NCBI GenBank assembly: GCA_035525905.1
Contig: DATLDK010000087.1
Location: forward strand, 1 to 62,334
Length of the DNA: 62,334 bases
Direction: 5' to 3'
Source: Gaiellaceae bacterium
GTDB lineage: Bacteria; Actinomycetota; Thermoleophilia; Gaiellales; Gaiellaceae
Both the position numbers and the translations under genes were made by a program. Positions within the stretch are counted from its first letter, which is position 1, and the number at the start of each line of letters is the position of its first letter. A model generated the notes under the pieces. That model was not told the DNA's origin and made no database searches. It saw only the letters and a list, made by a program, of their open reading frames with translations. Of the stretch, positions 17,814-27,078 are shown in pieces.

Positions 17814-18832
17814 CAGCTGTCGACGATCGCCGTGCGCGTTCGCTCGGCCGCCCTGTTGATCCCCGCCACGAGCTCGTAGGCGATCGTCCCGGCCACGCGG
17901 GCGTGTGCCTCGGCCTGGACGCCGTGGCCGAGCAGCGTCACCGGCGTCCCCACGGGCAGCTCGCGTTCGAGCTCGACCGCGAAAGCGTCCATCGAGATCG
18001 TGCCGACCACGGGCCGTAGCTCACCCGCGACACGAACCTCCGTCCCCGTCAAACCGCGGCGGAAACCGTCCGCGTACCCGACGGGAACGACTCCGATCCA
18101 GGTAGGCCGGTTTGCCGTGAACTGGCGCCCGTAGCCCGTCGACTGCCCGGGGTCGAGCCGGCGGACCTGAGCGAGGTGCGAGTCCCAGCGGAGGGCCGGC
18201 TCGAGCCCATCCTGGCGGGGGTCGGTACCGAACGGCGAGATCCCGTAAAGGGCGATCCCACAGCGTGCCGCGTCGAAGCGAGCCGAGGGATAGCGAAGCG
18301 CCCCGGCGCTGTTGGCGAGGTGGCGCGTCAGGTAGGAGTGCTCTTCGGTCGCCAAGCGGAACCGCTCCACCTGCTCCTCCGTGAAGGCTGCGTCGCAGTC
18401 CGCGGAAGCGAAGTGGCTCATCACCCCCACGACCTCTCGCGTCGGGGCCGGAAGCTCGGCAAGACCCCACCGCCCCATGCCCGTGTCGAGCTTGAGGTGC
18501 ACCCGGACGCCCTCCGGGATCTCGCCGTCGACGATCACGAGCTCGAGACCCGCGTCGCGCGCCTCTGCGATCTCCCGACTCGAGGCAGGCCCGAGCACGA
18601 GGATGCGCACGGGGCCGAGCGCTCGCCGCAGAGCGAGCCCTTCCGGCACGGTCGCCACGCACAGCGCAGTCGCCCCGCTCCCGAGCGCCGCGGCACCGAC
18701 GTCGACGGCGCCGTGCCCGTACCCGTCGGCCTTGACCACCGCCCAGAGCTCCGCTCCGTCGAGCGCTTCGAGCAGCCGCCGTGCGTTCCGACGGATCGCG
18801 CCGAGATCGACGGTGAGCTCCGAGCGAGCCAT
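17813..18832 (-). CDS. alr: alanine racemase
   Basis: 339-aa ORF with the PLP-lysine motif AVVKADGYGHG. Confidence 0.9.
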   Translation of the reverse strand: MARSELTVDLGAIRRNARRLLEALDGAELWAVVKADGYGHGAVDVGAAALGSGATALCVATVPEGLALRRALGPVRILVLGPASSREIAEARDAGLELVIVDGEIPEGVRVHLKLDTGMGRWGLAELPAPTREVVGVMSHFASADCDAAFTEEQVERFRLATEEHSYLTRHLANSAGALRYPSARFDAARCGIALYGISPFGTDPRQDGLEPALRWDSHLAQVRRLDPGQSTGYGRQFTANRPTWIGVVPVGYADGFRRGLTGTEVRVAGELRPVVGTISMDAFAVELERELPVGTPVTLLGHGVQAEAHARVAGTIAYELVAGINRAAERTRTAIVDS

Positions 18833-20151
18833 CAGCGAAGCACTTCGGGTAGTGCGGCGATCACATCGCTCGCCACGAGGCCCGGCTGTGGCAGGCTCCG
18901 TGCCGCCAGACCGTGGGCTGTCGCTGCAGCCGCAGCCGCGAGCCGCGGCTCGACGCCCTTGGCGAGGAACGCCGCGACGATTCCCGTCAACACGTCACCT
19001 GTGCCGGCGGTCGCGAGCCCCGGCGCGTCCGTCACGCACACGAGCGTGCCTTCGCCGGGCACGGCGATGATCGTGTCTGCGCCCTTGAGCAGGCAGACGG
19101 AACCGAAGCGATCGGCGCCTCGCCGTGCGGCTTCGAGGCGGTGAGCGTTCACCCACGCCGAGTCCTCGCCCAGCAGGCGCGCGAGCTCGCCGGCATGCGG
19201 TGTGAGAACCGCGCGGGGGCCCCACTCCCCGGGCTCGAGCCGGTGGAGCGCGTCCGCGTCCAGCACGAGAGGCTGCTCTCCCGCAACCAGGAGCTCGTCG
19301 CGCAGACGCAGCGCCTCCGGCTCGCGGCCGAGCCCCGGACCGATCGCGATCGCGCGCGCCTTCGCCGCGGCGTCGAGCGCGCTGGCCCAGGTCACCTTCA
19401 CGGGCTCGAGCAGGCGGGTCTCGACGATTCCCAACGACCGCTCGGGCACCGCAACCGCGACGTAGCCGGCATCGGCACGAAGCGCGGCCTCGGCCGCAAG
19501 GCACACGGCTCCGGTCATCCCCGGCGAGCCACCGGCGACCAAGACCGCGCCGGCCGTGTACTTGTTGTCCGCAGCCGTCCGGCGGGGCACGACCGAGAGA
19601 ATCGCGGGCGTCACCAGTCGCAGCTCGGTCTCTGCGGGGTCGAGGCCGATCTCCGCGATCGTCACCTCGCCGGTGTGGAAGAGGCCGGGTGCGATCGCGA
19701 GACCCGCCTTGACGCCGTGGAAGGTGATGGTCACCGTCGCGCGCACGGCCTCACCCGCGATCTCGCCGCTCGATGCATCGACGCCCGACGGAACGTCGAC
19801 CGAGACCACCGGCGCGCCTGCGGCATTGATGCGCGCGATCGTGGCAGCCGCTTCGGCGCGCGGAGTGCCGTGAAACCCGGTGCCGAAGAGCGCGTCGACG
19901 ATCACGTCCGCCTGCTCGACCGCGGTCGTCTCGACGGCGTCGCAGCCCTCCTCGCGCAGGATGCGAACGGCGATGCGGCCGTCGCCGCCGTTGGCGCCGC
20001 CACCGCAGACGACGGCGATCCGGTGCGCCTCGGGGAACCGCTGGAGGACCTCCCGCGCGACTGCCGCGCCGGCGCGCTCCATCAGCTCGGCGACGTCGCG
20101 GCCCTCTTCGACCGCCCGCATCTCCGCGGCGGTGTAGAGCGGCTCGAGCAT
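18832..20151 (-). CDS. nnr: bifunctional NAD(P)H-hydrate repair enzyme (epimerase/dehydratase, YjeF-type)
   Basis: 439-aa ORF with YjeF_N (VVCGGGANGGDG) and YjeF_C (KYTAGAVLVAGGS...GTGDVL) halves. Confidence 0.85.
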   Translation of the reverse strand: MLEPLYTAAEMRAVEEGRDVAELMERAGAAVAREVLQRFPEAHRIAVVCGGGANGGDGRIAVRILREEGCDAVETTAVEQADVIVDALFGTGFHGTPRAEAAATIARINAAGAPVVSVDVPSGVDASSGEIAGEAVRATVTITFHGVKAGLAIAPGLFHTGEVTIAEIGLDPAETELRLVTPAILSVVPRRTAADNKYTAGAVLVAGGSPGMTGAVCLAAEAALRADAGYVAVAVPERSLGIVETRLLEPVKVTWASALDAAAKARAIAIGPGLGREPEALRLRDELLVAGEQPLVLDADALHRLEPGEWGPRAVLTPHAGELARLLGEDSAWVNAHRLEAARRGADRFGSVCLLKGADTIIAVPGEGTLVCVTDAPGLATAGTGDVLTGIVAAFLAKGVEPRLAAAAAATAHGLAARSLPQPGLVASDVIAALPEVLR

Positions 20152-20519
20152 CAGGGGTCGTCGACTACGGCGACCGCTGAGGCCAGTTCGCGGGAGTGGG
20201 TCATCGACAGGTCGATCCCGCCCGCTCCCACGCGCTCGGCCCAGGCCGCGACACGACCGGACAGGCGTACCGATGGCTTCGGCCGTCCGGCGATCTCGAT
20301 GTCCTTCCAGGCGAACGCGCGAGCGACACCGAACCCGAGTGCCTTCCCCACCGCCTCCTTGCCTGCGAAGCGCCCCGCGTAGCTCTCGGCCGGATTCTTC
20401 CGCGAGTCGCAGTACGCCTGCTCGGCCGGGGTGAAGCAGCGGTCCTTGAAGCTCGCGTACCGCTCGAGCGAACGGCGCACCCGCCCGATCTCGATCAGAT
20501 CGACGCCGACACGGGTCAC
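20151..20519 (-). CDS. acpS: holo-[acyl-carrier-protein] synthase
   Basis: 122 aa from GTG 20519, with VGVDLIEIGRV, RFAGKEAVGKAL and SMTHSRE. Confidence 0.85.
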   Translation of the reverse strand: MTRVGVDLIEIGRVRRSLERYASFKDRCFTPAEQAYCDSRKNPAESYAGRFAGKEAVGKALGFGVARAFAWKDIEIAGRPKPSVRLSGRVAAWAERVGAGGIDLSMTHSRELASAVAVVDDP

Positions 20520-21292
20520 GGCGTGCGGTTGATCCAGTCCGGCACCTGGGCGATCGAGCTCAGCACCGCATCGGGGACCGTGCTCGAGTGCTCGAGCGTT
20601 TCCGGCCTGAACTTGCCGGTGCGCAGGAGCAGTGTCTTCATCCCGAAGAGCTGCGCGCCGCGAACGTCCTGCTCCAGGTCGTCGGTGACGAGCCAGGTGA
20701 GCTCCGGCTCGGCGTCCAAGGCTGCCAGCGCGGCCGCGAACGCTCCGGCGCTCGGCTTGCCGATCACGGTCGCCTCGACCCCGGTCGCATACTCGAGGGC
20801 AGACACGAAGGCGCCCCCGTCGAGCATCGGGCCCCGGGTCGTCTGCCACCAGGGGTTGCGGTGCAGGCAGAAGAGGTCGGCGCCGCCCTGGATCTCCGAG
20901 AATGCCCGCGCGAGGTTCATGTAGCTGAACACCTGGTTCGGCTCCACCGTCTCGTCGCACCCGCCCAGCAGCACCGCCTCCGCGCTGTCGCCGACGAGCT
21001 CGATGCCGGCGAGATCGGGCACGATCGCGGACATGACGAGCGCGTACACGCGGCGGCCGCCAAGCTGCTCGGCCGCGGCGATCGGGGCCGTCTGGACATC
21101 CGCATCCTCCAGCTCGTGGCCCATTTCGCGCAGCTCCTGCACGAGCGTCGCTCGCGAGCGCGTCGAATCGTTGGTGACGAACCGCAGCCGGTGACCCTCC
21201 GCCCGCAGCCTCGCCAGGGCCTCCACCGCACCGGGGATCGGCTCGCCGGACACGTGGAGGACGCCGTCGATGTCCATCAGAATGGCGGCCAT
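20516..21292 (-). CDS. HAD-superfamily (IIA/NagD-like) phosphatase
   Basis: From ATG 21292 the protein starts MAAILMDIDGVLH (DxDG motif). FVTNDS and GKP are present. The stop overlaps the acpS start (GTGA). Confidence 0.75.
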   Translation of the reverse strand: MAAILMDIDGVLHVSGEPIPGAVEALARLRAEGHRLRFVTNDSTRSRATLVQELREMGHELEDADVQTAPIAAAEQLGGRRVYALVMSAIVPDLAGIELVGDSAEAVLLGGCDETVEPNQVFSYMNLARAFSEIQGGADLFCLHRNPWWQTTRGPMLDGGAFVSALEYATGVEATVIGKPSAGAFAAALAALDAEPELTWLVTDDLEQDVRGAQLFGMKTLLLRTGKFRPETLEHSSTVPDAVLSSIAQVPDWINRTP

Positions 21293-21698
21293 GGAGCCTG
21301 ACTCTATCCGTGTCACGCGGTCGGTCGTGCTGCCGGTTGGCGAGGTGGAGCTGCGGTTCTCACGCTCGAGCGGCCCCGGCGGCCAGCACGCGAACACGGC
21401 CGAGACACGCGTCGAGGCGATCCTCCACGTGGAGTCCTCAACTGCTCTGACGGAGGCGCAAAAGCGCCGCGTGGTGGAGAAGGCCGGGCCTACCTTGCGG
21501 GCAATCGCCCAGGACGAGCGCAGCCAGTGGCGGAACCGGGAGCTCGCCGTCGAGCGGATCGTGGAGCAGCTCCGCCAGGCGCTCAAGGTCGAGCGCCGAC
21601 GCGTCGCGACGAAGCCGACCAAGGCCTCGCGCGAACGCCGGCTCGATTCGAAGAAGCGGCGCGGAGAGACGAAGAAGCTCCGTCGCCCGCCGGACTAG
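21291..21698 (+). CDS. arfB: alternative ribosome-rescue factor / peptidyl-tRNA hydrolase ArfB-like
   Basis: It has the GGQ motif (SGPGGQHANT) and a basic C-terminal tail (KKRRGETKKLRRPPD). The ORF opens at 21270, and in-frame ATGs lie at 21270, 21282 and 21291. Confidence 0.8.
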   Translation: MEPDSIRVTRSVVLPVGEVELRFSRSSGPGGQHANTAETRVEAILHVESSTALTEAQKRRVVEKAGPTLRAIAQDERSQWRNRELAVERIVEQLRQALKVERRRVATKPTKASRERRLDSKKRRGETKKLRRPPD

Positions 21699-21707
21699 AC
21701 TCGAACC

Positions 21708-23159
21708 GTGGACGTGCTACGGCTTGCGACCCTGCTCGAGGAGCTGCCGCCCGAGCGCACGCGGTTGCTCGACAACCTGGGCCGGCTGCGGCGAGAGGTG
21801 GGGCCGATAACTCCGGAGCTCTCCGATGCGCTCGCAGACCGGATGAACGTGCGCCGCGGCGAGGTGCACGAGGTCGTGTCGTTCTACTCCTTCCTGCAGG
21901 TGCCGGTCAACGCGATCCGCGTCTGCACCGGGCCGATCTGCGACTGCGCGGGCTCCCGCGCTCTGCTCTCCGAGAGCGCGGTCGAGGTGCCCTGTCTCGG
22001 GCACTGCGATCTCGCACCCGTCGTCCTGCACGGCGATGACGTCCTCGGCGGCGTCACGCACTCGACGAACGGGTTCCTGCTCGCAGCGGACGACCTGCGA
22101 GAACCGGCGCTAGTGACTCAGGAGGAAGTCATCGCGCTCCTCGAGGCCTCCGGCCTCACCGGGATGGGAGGCGCGGGCTTCCCCACCTGGCGCAAGTGGG
22201 ACGCCGTACGACGGGAGCCCGGCCCGCGCGTGGTCATCGTCAACGCCGACGAGGGCGAGCCGGGGACGATCAAGGACCGCTACGTGATGGAGCTGCGCCC
22301 TCAGCTCCTCCTCGAGGGGCTCGCGGCGGCGATGCGCTTCTGCGAGACAGACGAGGCGTACATCTACCTGCGCGAGGAGTACGCGACCTCGCGCGCAGTG
22401 CTGCAGGAGGCGATCGCGGCGCGCGGGCTGCCGGTCGAGCTCGTGATCGGCGCCGGAGCGTACATCTGCGGCGAGGAGACGGCCATGCTCGAGTCGATGG
22501 AAGGGCGGCGGGGGATGCCGCGGCTGCGGCCGCCCTTTCCGGCGCAGTCGGGCTACCTCGGCCGACCGACGCTGATCAACAACGTCGAGACGCTCGCGCA
22601 TGTCGCGCTCATCCTGAGAGGCGACTGGCAGCCGACCCGCCTCTGGTCGGTCTCGGGCGCCGTGGGCAAGCCAGGCTGCTACCAGGCGCCGCTCGACATC
22701 ACTCTGCGGGAGCTGATCGACGGTTACGCGGGCGGACTCGCAGGCGAGCCGAGCGCGATCGTCCCCGGGGGCGCCGCCAGCGGGATCCTCCCGCCGGCTG
22801 CACTCGACGTACCGCTGACCCGCGAGGGCCTCGCGGAATGGGGCTGCGGGGTGGGCTCCGCCGCCGTACAGATCTTCCCGGCCTCGTACGCACCCGTTCG
22901 CCTCCTGGCCGAGACGATGCGCTTCTTCGCAGAGGAGTCGTGCCAGAAGTGCACCCCTTGCCGCATCGGCAACCGCGCACTCCACCACGTCGCCGCGGAG
23001 CTGGGGCACCGGCGCGCCCCGATGGCCCGCCACCAGATGGACGAGTGGCTGGAAGCAATGGTGCTGACCTCGATCTGCGGGCTAGGGCAGGCGGCCCCCA
23101 TCCCCGTACGGAACGCGTTCAGGCACTGGCCGGAGCTGTTCGAGACAATGCCCGCATGA
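21708..23159 (+). CDS. NAD-dependent formate dehydrogenase diaphorase subunit (fused NuoE-like + NuoF-like)
   Basis: 483-aa ORF with an N-terminal thioredoxin-like 2Fe-2S part, GMGGAGFPTWRKW (FMN/NADH site) and ESCQKCTPCRIG (4Fe-4S). Confidence 0.8.
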   Translation: MDVLRLATLLEELPPERTRLLDNLGRLRREVGPITPELSDALADRMNVRRGEVHEVVSFYSFLQVPVNAIRVCTGPICDCAGSRALLSESAVEVPCLGHCDLAPVVLHGDDVLGGVTHSTNGFLLAADDLREPALVTQEEVIALLEASGLTGMGGAGFPTWRKWDAVRREPGPRVVIVNADEGEPGTIKDRYVMELRPQLLLEGLAAAMRFCETDEAYIYLREEYATSRAVLQEAIAARGLPVELVIGAGAYICGEETAMLESMEGRRGMPRLRPPFPAQSGYLGRPTLINNVETLAHVALILRGDWQPTRLWSVSGAVGKPGCYQAPLDITLRELIDGYAGGLAGEPSAIVPGGAASGILPPAALDVPLTREGLAEWGCGVGSAAVQIFPASYAPVRLLAETMRFFAEESCQKCTPCRIGNRALHHVAAELGHRRAPMARHQMDEWLEAMVLTSICGLGQAAPIPVRNAFRHWPELFETMPA

Positions 23160-25846
23160 TCGAGTTCACCCTCGACGGACGGACGGCCTCCGCGGCGCAA
23201 GGCGAGCTCCTCGTGCACGCTGCCGCCCGGAACGGCGTCTTCATCCCAACGCTGTGCCACGACGACAAGCTCGCGCCCTATGGCGGCTGCCGCATGTGCG
23301 TCGTGGGCGTCGAGGGGTCCCCTCGCCCCCTCCCGGCCTGTGCCACGCGCGTAACCGAGGGGATGGCGGTGTCCACCAATTCCGCCGTGCCGCAGCTGCG
23401 CAAGACGCTGACGGAGATGCTCCTCTCCGAGCACCTGAATGACGACCCGGGCGGGCGGCCGAACGAGCTCACCGATCTCGCCCACGAGCTCGGCGCCGAG
23501 GCGCCGTTTCTTCTCCCCGACGCGAAGCGGGAGCCGTACGACGACCGCAACAGGCTGATGGGCTACGAGCCGGACACCTGCATCCTCTGCAATCGCTGCG
23601 TGCGCTACACACAAGAGGTCATGCAGTGCTCGGCCCTCTCGCTGGAGGGCCGGGGGCCGGACGCGCGGATCGTTCCAACGTGGGAGCGCTCGTGGCTCGA
23701 CACCGAGTGCGAGCTGTGCGGCGGCTGCCTCTCGACCTGTCCGACCGGCGCCATCTACGAGAAGTTCCTCGAAGGATCGGGGATCGAGGAGCGAGCGCTC
23801 GAGCAGACGAAGACGACGTGCACCTTCTGTGGAGTCGGGTGCCAGCTCGATCTCAACGTCGACCCGGAGACGAAGAGGATCGTCAAGGTCACCTCGAAGT
23901 CCGAGTACGCCTCGAACGAGGGCAACCTCTGCGTCAAGGGCCGCTTCGCCTTCAACTTCGTCCACCATCCCGACCGCCTGACCGAACCACTCGTCAGAGG
24001 AGAGGACGGAGAGCTGCACCCGACCAGCTGGGAGCATGCCCTCGAGGTCGCCGCGACCGGGCTGAAGGGGGTGATGGAGCGCCACTCGCCGCAGGCGGTC
24101 GGGGTCCTCGCCTCGGCGCGGCTGACGAACGAGGAGAACTACCTGATCCAGAAGCTCGCCCGGACGGGGCTCAAGACCCATTCCGTCCATTCCTGCGAAG
24201 CCACCTGACACGCTCCGACCCTCTACGGCCTGGTCAGGTCGTTCGGCAGAGGCGCTTCCACCAACTCGATCCCGGAGATCGAGAACGCCCGGTTCCTGCT
24301 CGTGATCGGTTCGAACACGACCGAGGCGCACCCGGTGCTGGCGCTCCGGATCAAGAAGGCGGTGCGGAAGGGCGCCACCCTCGTCGTCGCCGATCCGCGG
24401 GCGATCTGGCTGACCAAGCTGGCCAAGCGCCACCTGCAGCTCCGGCCCGGCTCCGACGTCTGGCTGCTGAACGCGATCATGCACGTGATCCTCGACGAGG
24501 GATTGCAGGACGACACGTACATCGCCTCCCACTGCGAGGACTTCGAGTCGGTGCGCGAGGTCGTCGCCCGGTACACGCCGGAGGAGGCCGAGCGTGTCAC
24601 GGGCGTCTCGGCGGACGCGATCAGGGCCACCGCGCGCGAGTACGCCGGCGAGCGCCATGCCGCGATCTTCTACACGCTCGGGATCACGGAGCACGCCTGC
24701 GGCGTCGACAACATCTGGTCGCTCGCGAACCTGGTCCTGATGACCGGCCATCTCGGCTACGAGTCGACCGGCCTCAACGCGCTGCGCGGCCAGAACAACG
24801 TCCAGGGACTGAACGACTCGGGCGCCAACCCGCACTACTTCCCGGGCTACCAGCCCTGGGACGACCCCGACGTGCAGGCGAAGTTCGCCGATGCCTGGGG
24901 CGTCGACCTGCCGAAGCGTGCCGGGTACCGGCTCGACCAGATCATGTCCGGGCTCCACGACGGCCGCGTGAAGGCGCTCTACCTGATCGGCGAGAACCCC
25001 GCGCAGACCGAGCCGAACGCCAAGCACGTCGAGGAGGGGCTCGCGAAGCTCGAGTTCCTGGTCGCCCAGGACCTGTTTCTGAACGAGACCTCGACGCGGT
25101 TCGCCGACGTCGTGCTCCCCGCGTCGAGCTTCGCGGAGAAGGATGGCACCTTCACGAACACCGAACGCCGCATCAACCGCGTGCGCGCGGCCGTCCCGTG
25201 CCCGGGGAGCGCCCGCGGCGACCGGGAGATCGTGATTGCGCTCGCGAGGGCTCTGGGGTGCGACTGGCCCGACTACCCGGACGCCGAGTCGGTCTGGAAC
25301 GAGCTCGCCGACCTTTCGCCGAACTGGTTCGGCGTCCGTTACCCCCGGCTGGAGGAGCACGGGATCCAGTGGCCGTGCCCGTCGCAGGACCATCCGGGAA
25401 CGATGTTCCTCCACGAGGGCCACCCCTCGCTGCCCTCGGGGAAGGGCAAGTTCCATCCAGTCGAGTATCAGCCGCCGATCGAGGAGCCGGACTCCGAGTA
25501 TCCGTTCGTGTTGTCGACCGGGAGAACGCTGTATCACTACAACTCCGGCGGGATGACCATGCGCGAGGACGGGATCACCGACAAGCAGCTCGATCCGTTC
25601 TTCGAGATCGCCGCCGAGGATGCGTCCGCGCTCGGCGTCGCCGAAGGCGAGTGGGTCCGCCTGGTCTCGCGCCGCGGGGACATCCGGGCCCGGGCGAAGG
25701 TGTCGCAACGCGTCTATCCGGGCCTCGTCTGGATGGCCCTCCACTTCGCCGAGGCAAGGGTGAACACGCTCACGCACGACGTCGGCGACCCGCTGATCGG
25801 GACGCCCGAGTACAAGGTCTCCGCGGTTCGGCTGGAGCGCGTCTGA
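23156..25846 (+). CDS. fdhA: formate dehydrogenase catalytic (molybdopterin) subunit, in-frame TGA 24206-24208 read as selenocysteine
   Basis: The track ORFs 22196..24208 (tail) and 24302..25846 share one frame with no other stop between them. The N-terminus has 2Fe-2S and 4Fe-4S motifs plus TCTFCGVGC. Around the TGA the sequence reads HSCEAT-TGA-HAPTLYGLVRSFG, the Sec/Cys Mo-ligand block. The ATG overlaps the upstream stop (ATGA). Confidence 0.85.
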
Positions 25847-26586
25847 CCTCCCTCGCCGCCGCGCACGTCGAGCCGCTGCTCCGGGGCCGCATCGGGCGGC
25901 CCTACGTCTACCGGGTGCAGTGCGAGACGACCCAGCGGCTGCTCGACGCGGCGCAGCCTGAAGGGGCCGTCGCGGTCACGGAGGAGCAAACGCTCGGCCG
26001 CGGGCGCATGGGGCGTCGGTGGGAGGCTCCCGCCGGCAGCTCGATCCTCCTCTCGGTGCTGCTGAGACCGCCCGCCGATCGGCCCGCAGCGGAGCTGACG
26101 CTCGTGGCCGGGGTGGCGACGGCGATCGCCGTCGAGCAGGCGACTGGGCTCGCCGTGCAGATCAAGTGGCCGAACGACGTGATGCTGGACCGGCGCAAGG
26201 TGGCGGGCTGCCTGGCCGAGCTGAAAGAAGGCGCGGTCGTGCTCGGAATCGGCGTGAACGTGAACCAGACTCGGGTGGAGCTTCCCGTGGAGACCAAGGC
26301 CTCTGCCGGGTCGCTTCGCTCGCTGACCGGGCGCGTGTACGAGCGAGCCGCGATCGTCGCAACCCTTCTGCTCGAGCTCGAGCAGCGCTACGACGCCTGG
26401 CGGGAGCACGGGCTCGACGCGATCTACGACGACCTCGGCGCGCGGGACTTCCTCCGTGGACGCAGGGTCAGCGTCGACGGCGTCTCCGGCGTCGCGCAGA
26501 TGATCTTGCGCGACGGCCGGCTCGAGGTCTCCACGGAGTCAGGCCTGGCGGTCGTCGAGAGCGGCGAGGTTCTGTTCGAGCGCTGA
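25843..26586 (+). CDS. birA: biotin--[acetyl-CoA-carboxylase] ligase (group I, no HTH)
   Basis: It has EEQTLGRGRMGRRWEAP, the KWPNDV motif and a C-terminal SH3-like tail. The start is uncertain: only CTG 25843 (overlapping the fdhA TGA) lies far enough upstream of the ETTQ block, and GTG 25915 would truncate the protein. Confidence 0.7.
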   Translation: MTSLAAAHVEPLLRGRIGRPYVYRVQCETTQRLLDAAQPEGAVAVTEEQTLGRGRMGRRWEAPAGSSILLSVLLRPPADRPAAELTLVAGVATAIAVEQATGLAVQIKWPNDVMLDRRKVAGCLAELKEGAVVLGIGVNVNQTRVELPVETKASAGSLRSLTGRVYERAAIVATLLLELEQRYDAWREHGLDAIYDDLGARDFLRGRRVSVDGVSGVAQMILRDGRLEVSTESGLAVVESGEVLFER

Positions 26587-27078
26587 CAGCTCGTCCGGCG
26601 TATTCGCGTTCACCAACAGGCGCGCGTCCGCCTCGACGACTCGGCGATTGACGCCGCGCAGAGAGAATTCCCCAGCCGCGAGGCGGCTCTCGAGCTCGGG
26701 GAGGTCGGCCTTCGCATAAGCGCCTGGGAGCGGCCCCGTCTGCGTGACCGCCCTGGCCTCGCCCAGCTCGCGCAGCAGCGCCGGCGTCACGAGCGGGCAA
26801 TCCACGGGGAGGAAGACGGCGACCTCGGTCGCTGACGCGTGCAACCCGGCGATCACCCCGACGATCGGCGCCCGCGGCTCCCGCGGCTCCACGACGACCT
26901 CGAACGGGAGGTCGAGATCGCCTTTCCCGACCGCCAGGCGGTGCGGGAACGCATCCCCCAGCGTGCGCCAGCCACGCAGGGCCAGCAGCTCGCCGTCGAA
27001 GAGCGCAAGCGGCTTGGGCGCGCCGAAGCGCGCGGAGGCGCCGCCCACGAGCAACACGCCGGTTACGTAATCCGCCAC
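26539..27078 (-). CDS. mobA: molybdenum cofactor guanylyltransferase
   Basis: From GTG 27078, with GVLLVGGASARFG, LPVDCPLV and NANTPDEL. It overlaps the fdhD 3' end by 16 nt and converges on birA with a 48-nt overlap. Confidence 0.75.
   Translation of the reverse strand: MADYVTGVLLVGGASARFGAPKPLALFDGELLALRGWRTLGDAFPHRLAVGKGDLDLPFEVVVEPREPRAPIVGVIAGLHASATEVAVFLPVDCPLVTPALLRELGEARAVTQTGPLPGAYAKADLPELESRLAAGEFSLRGVNRRVVEADARLLVNANTPDELSALEQNLAALDDRQA

Noticed and set aside
22724-25777. 1017-aa ORF on the minus strand opposite fdhA. Similar very long ORFs occur at 12768..14999 (-), 59759..62275 (+), 53216..55048 (+), 40594..42870 (+) and 49653..50627 (+).
   Set aside because: These are antisense to genes with clear family motifs. 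Their translations are Arg/Ala/Pro/Gly-rich low-complexity strings with no recognisable domains. That is the expected artefact of stop-codon scarcity in very GC-rich DNA.
26539-26586. A 48-nt convergent overlap of birA and mobA, and a 32-nt overlap at 1618-1649, considered as possible antisense regulation.
   Set aside because: Such 3'-3' overlaps are common in this extremely compact genome and may partly reflect unconserved C-terminal tails. There is no additional sequence feature supporting a specific mechanism.
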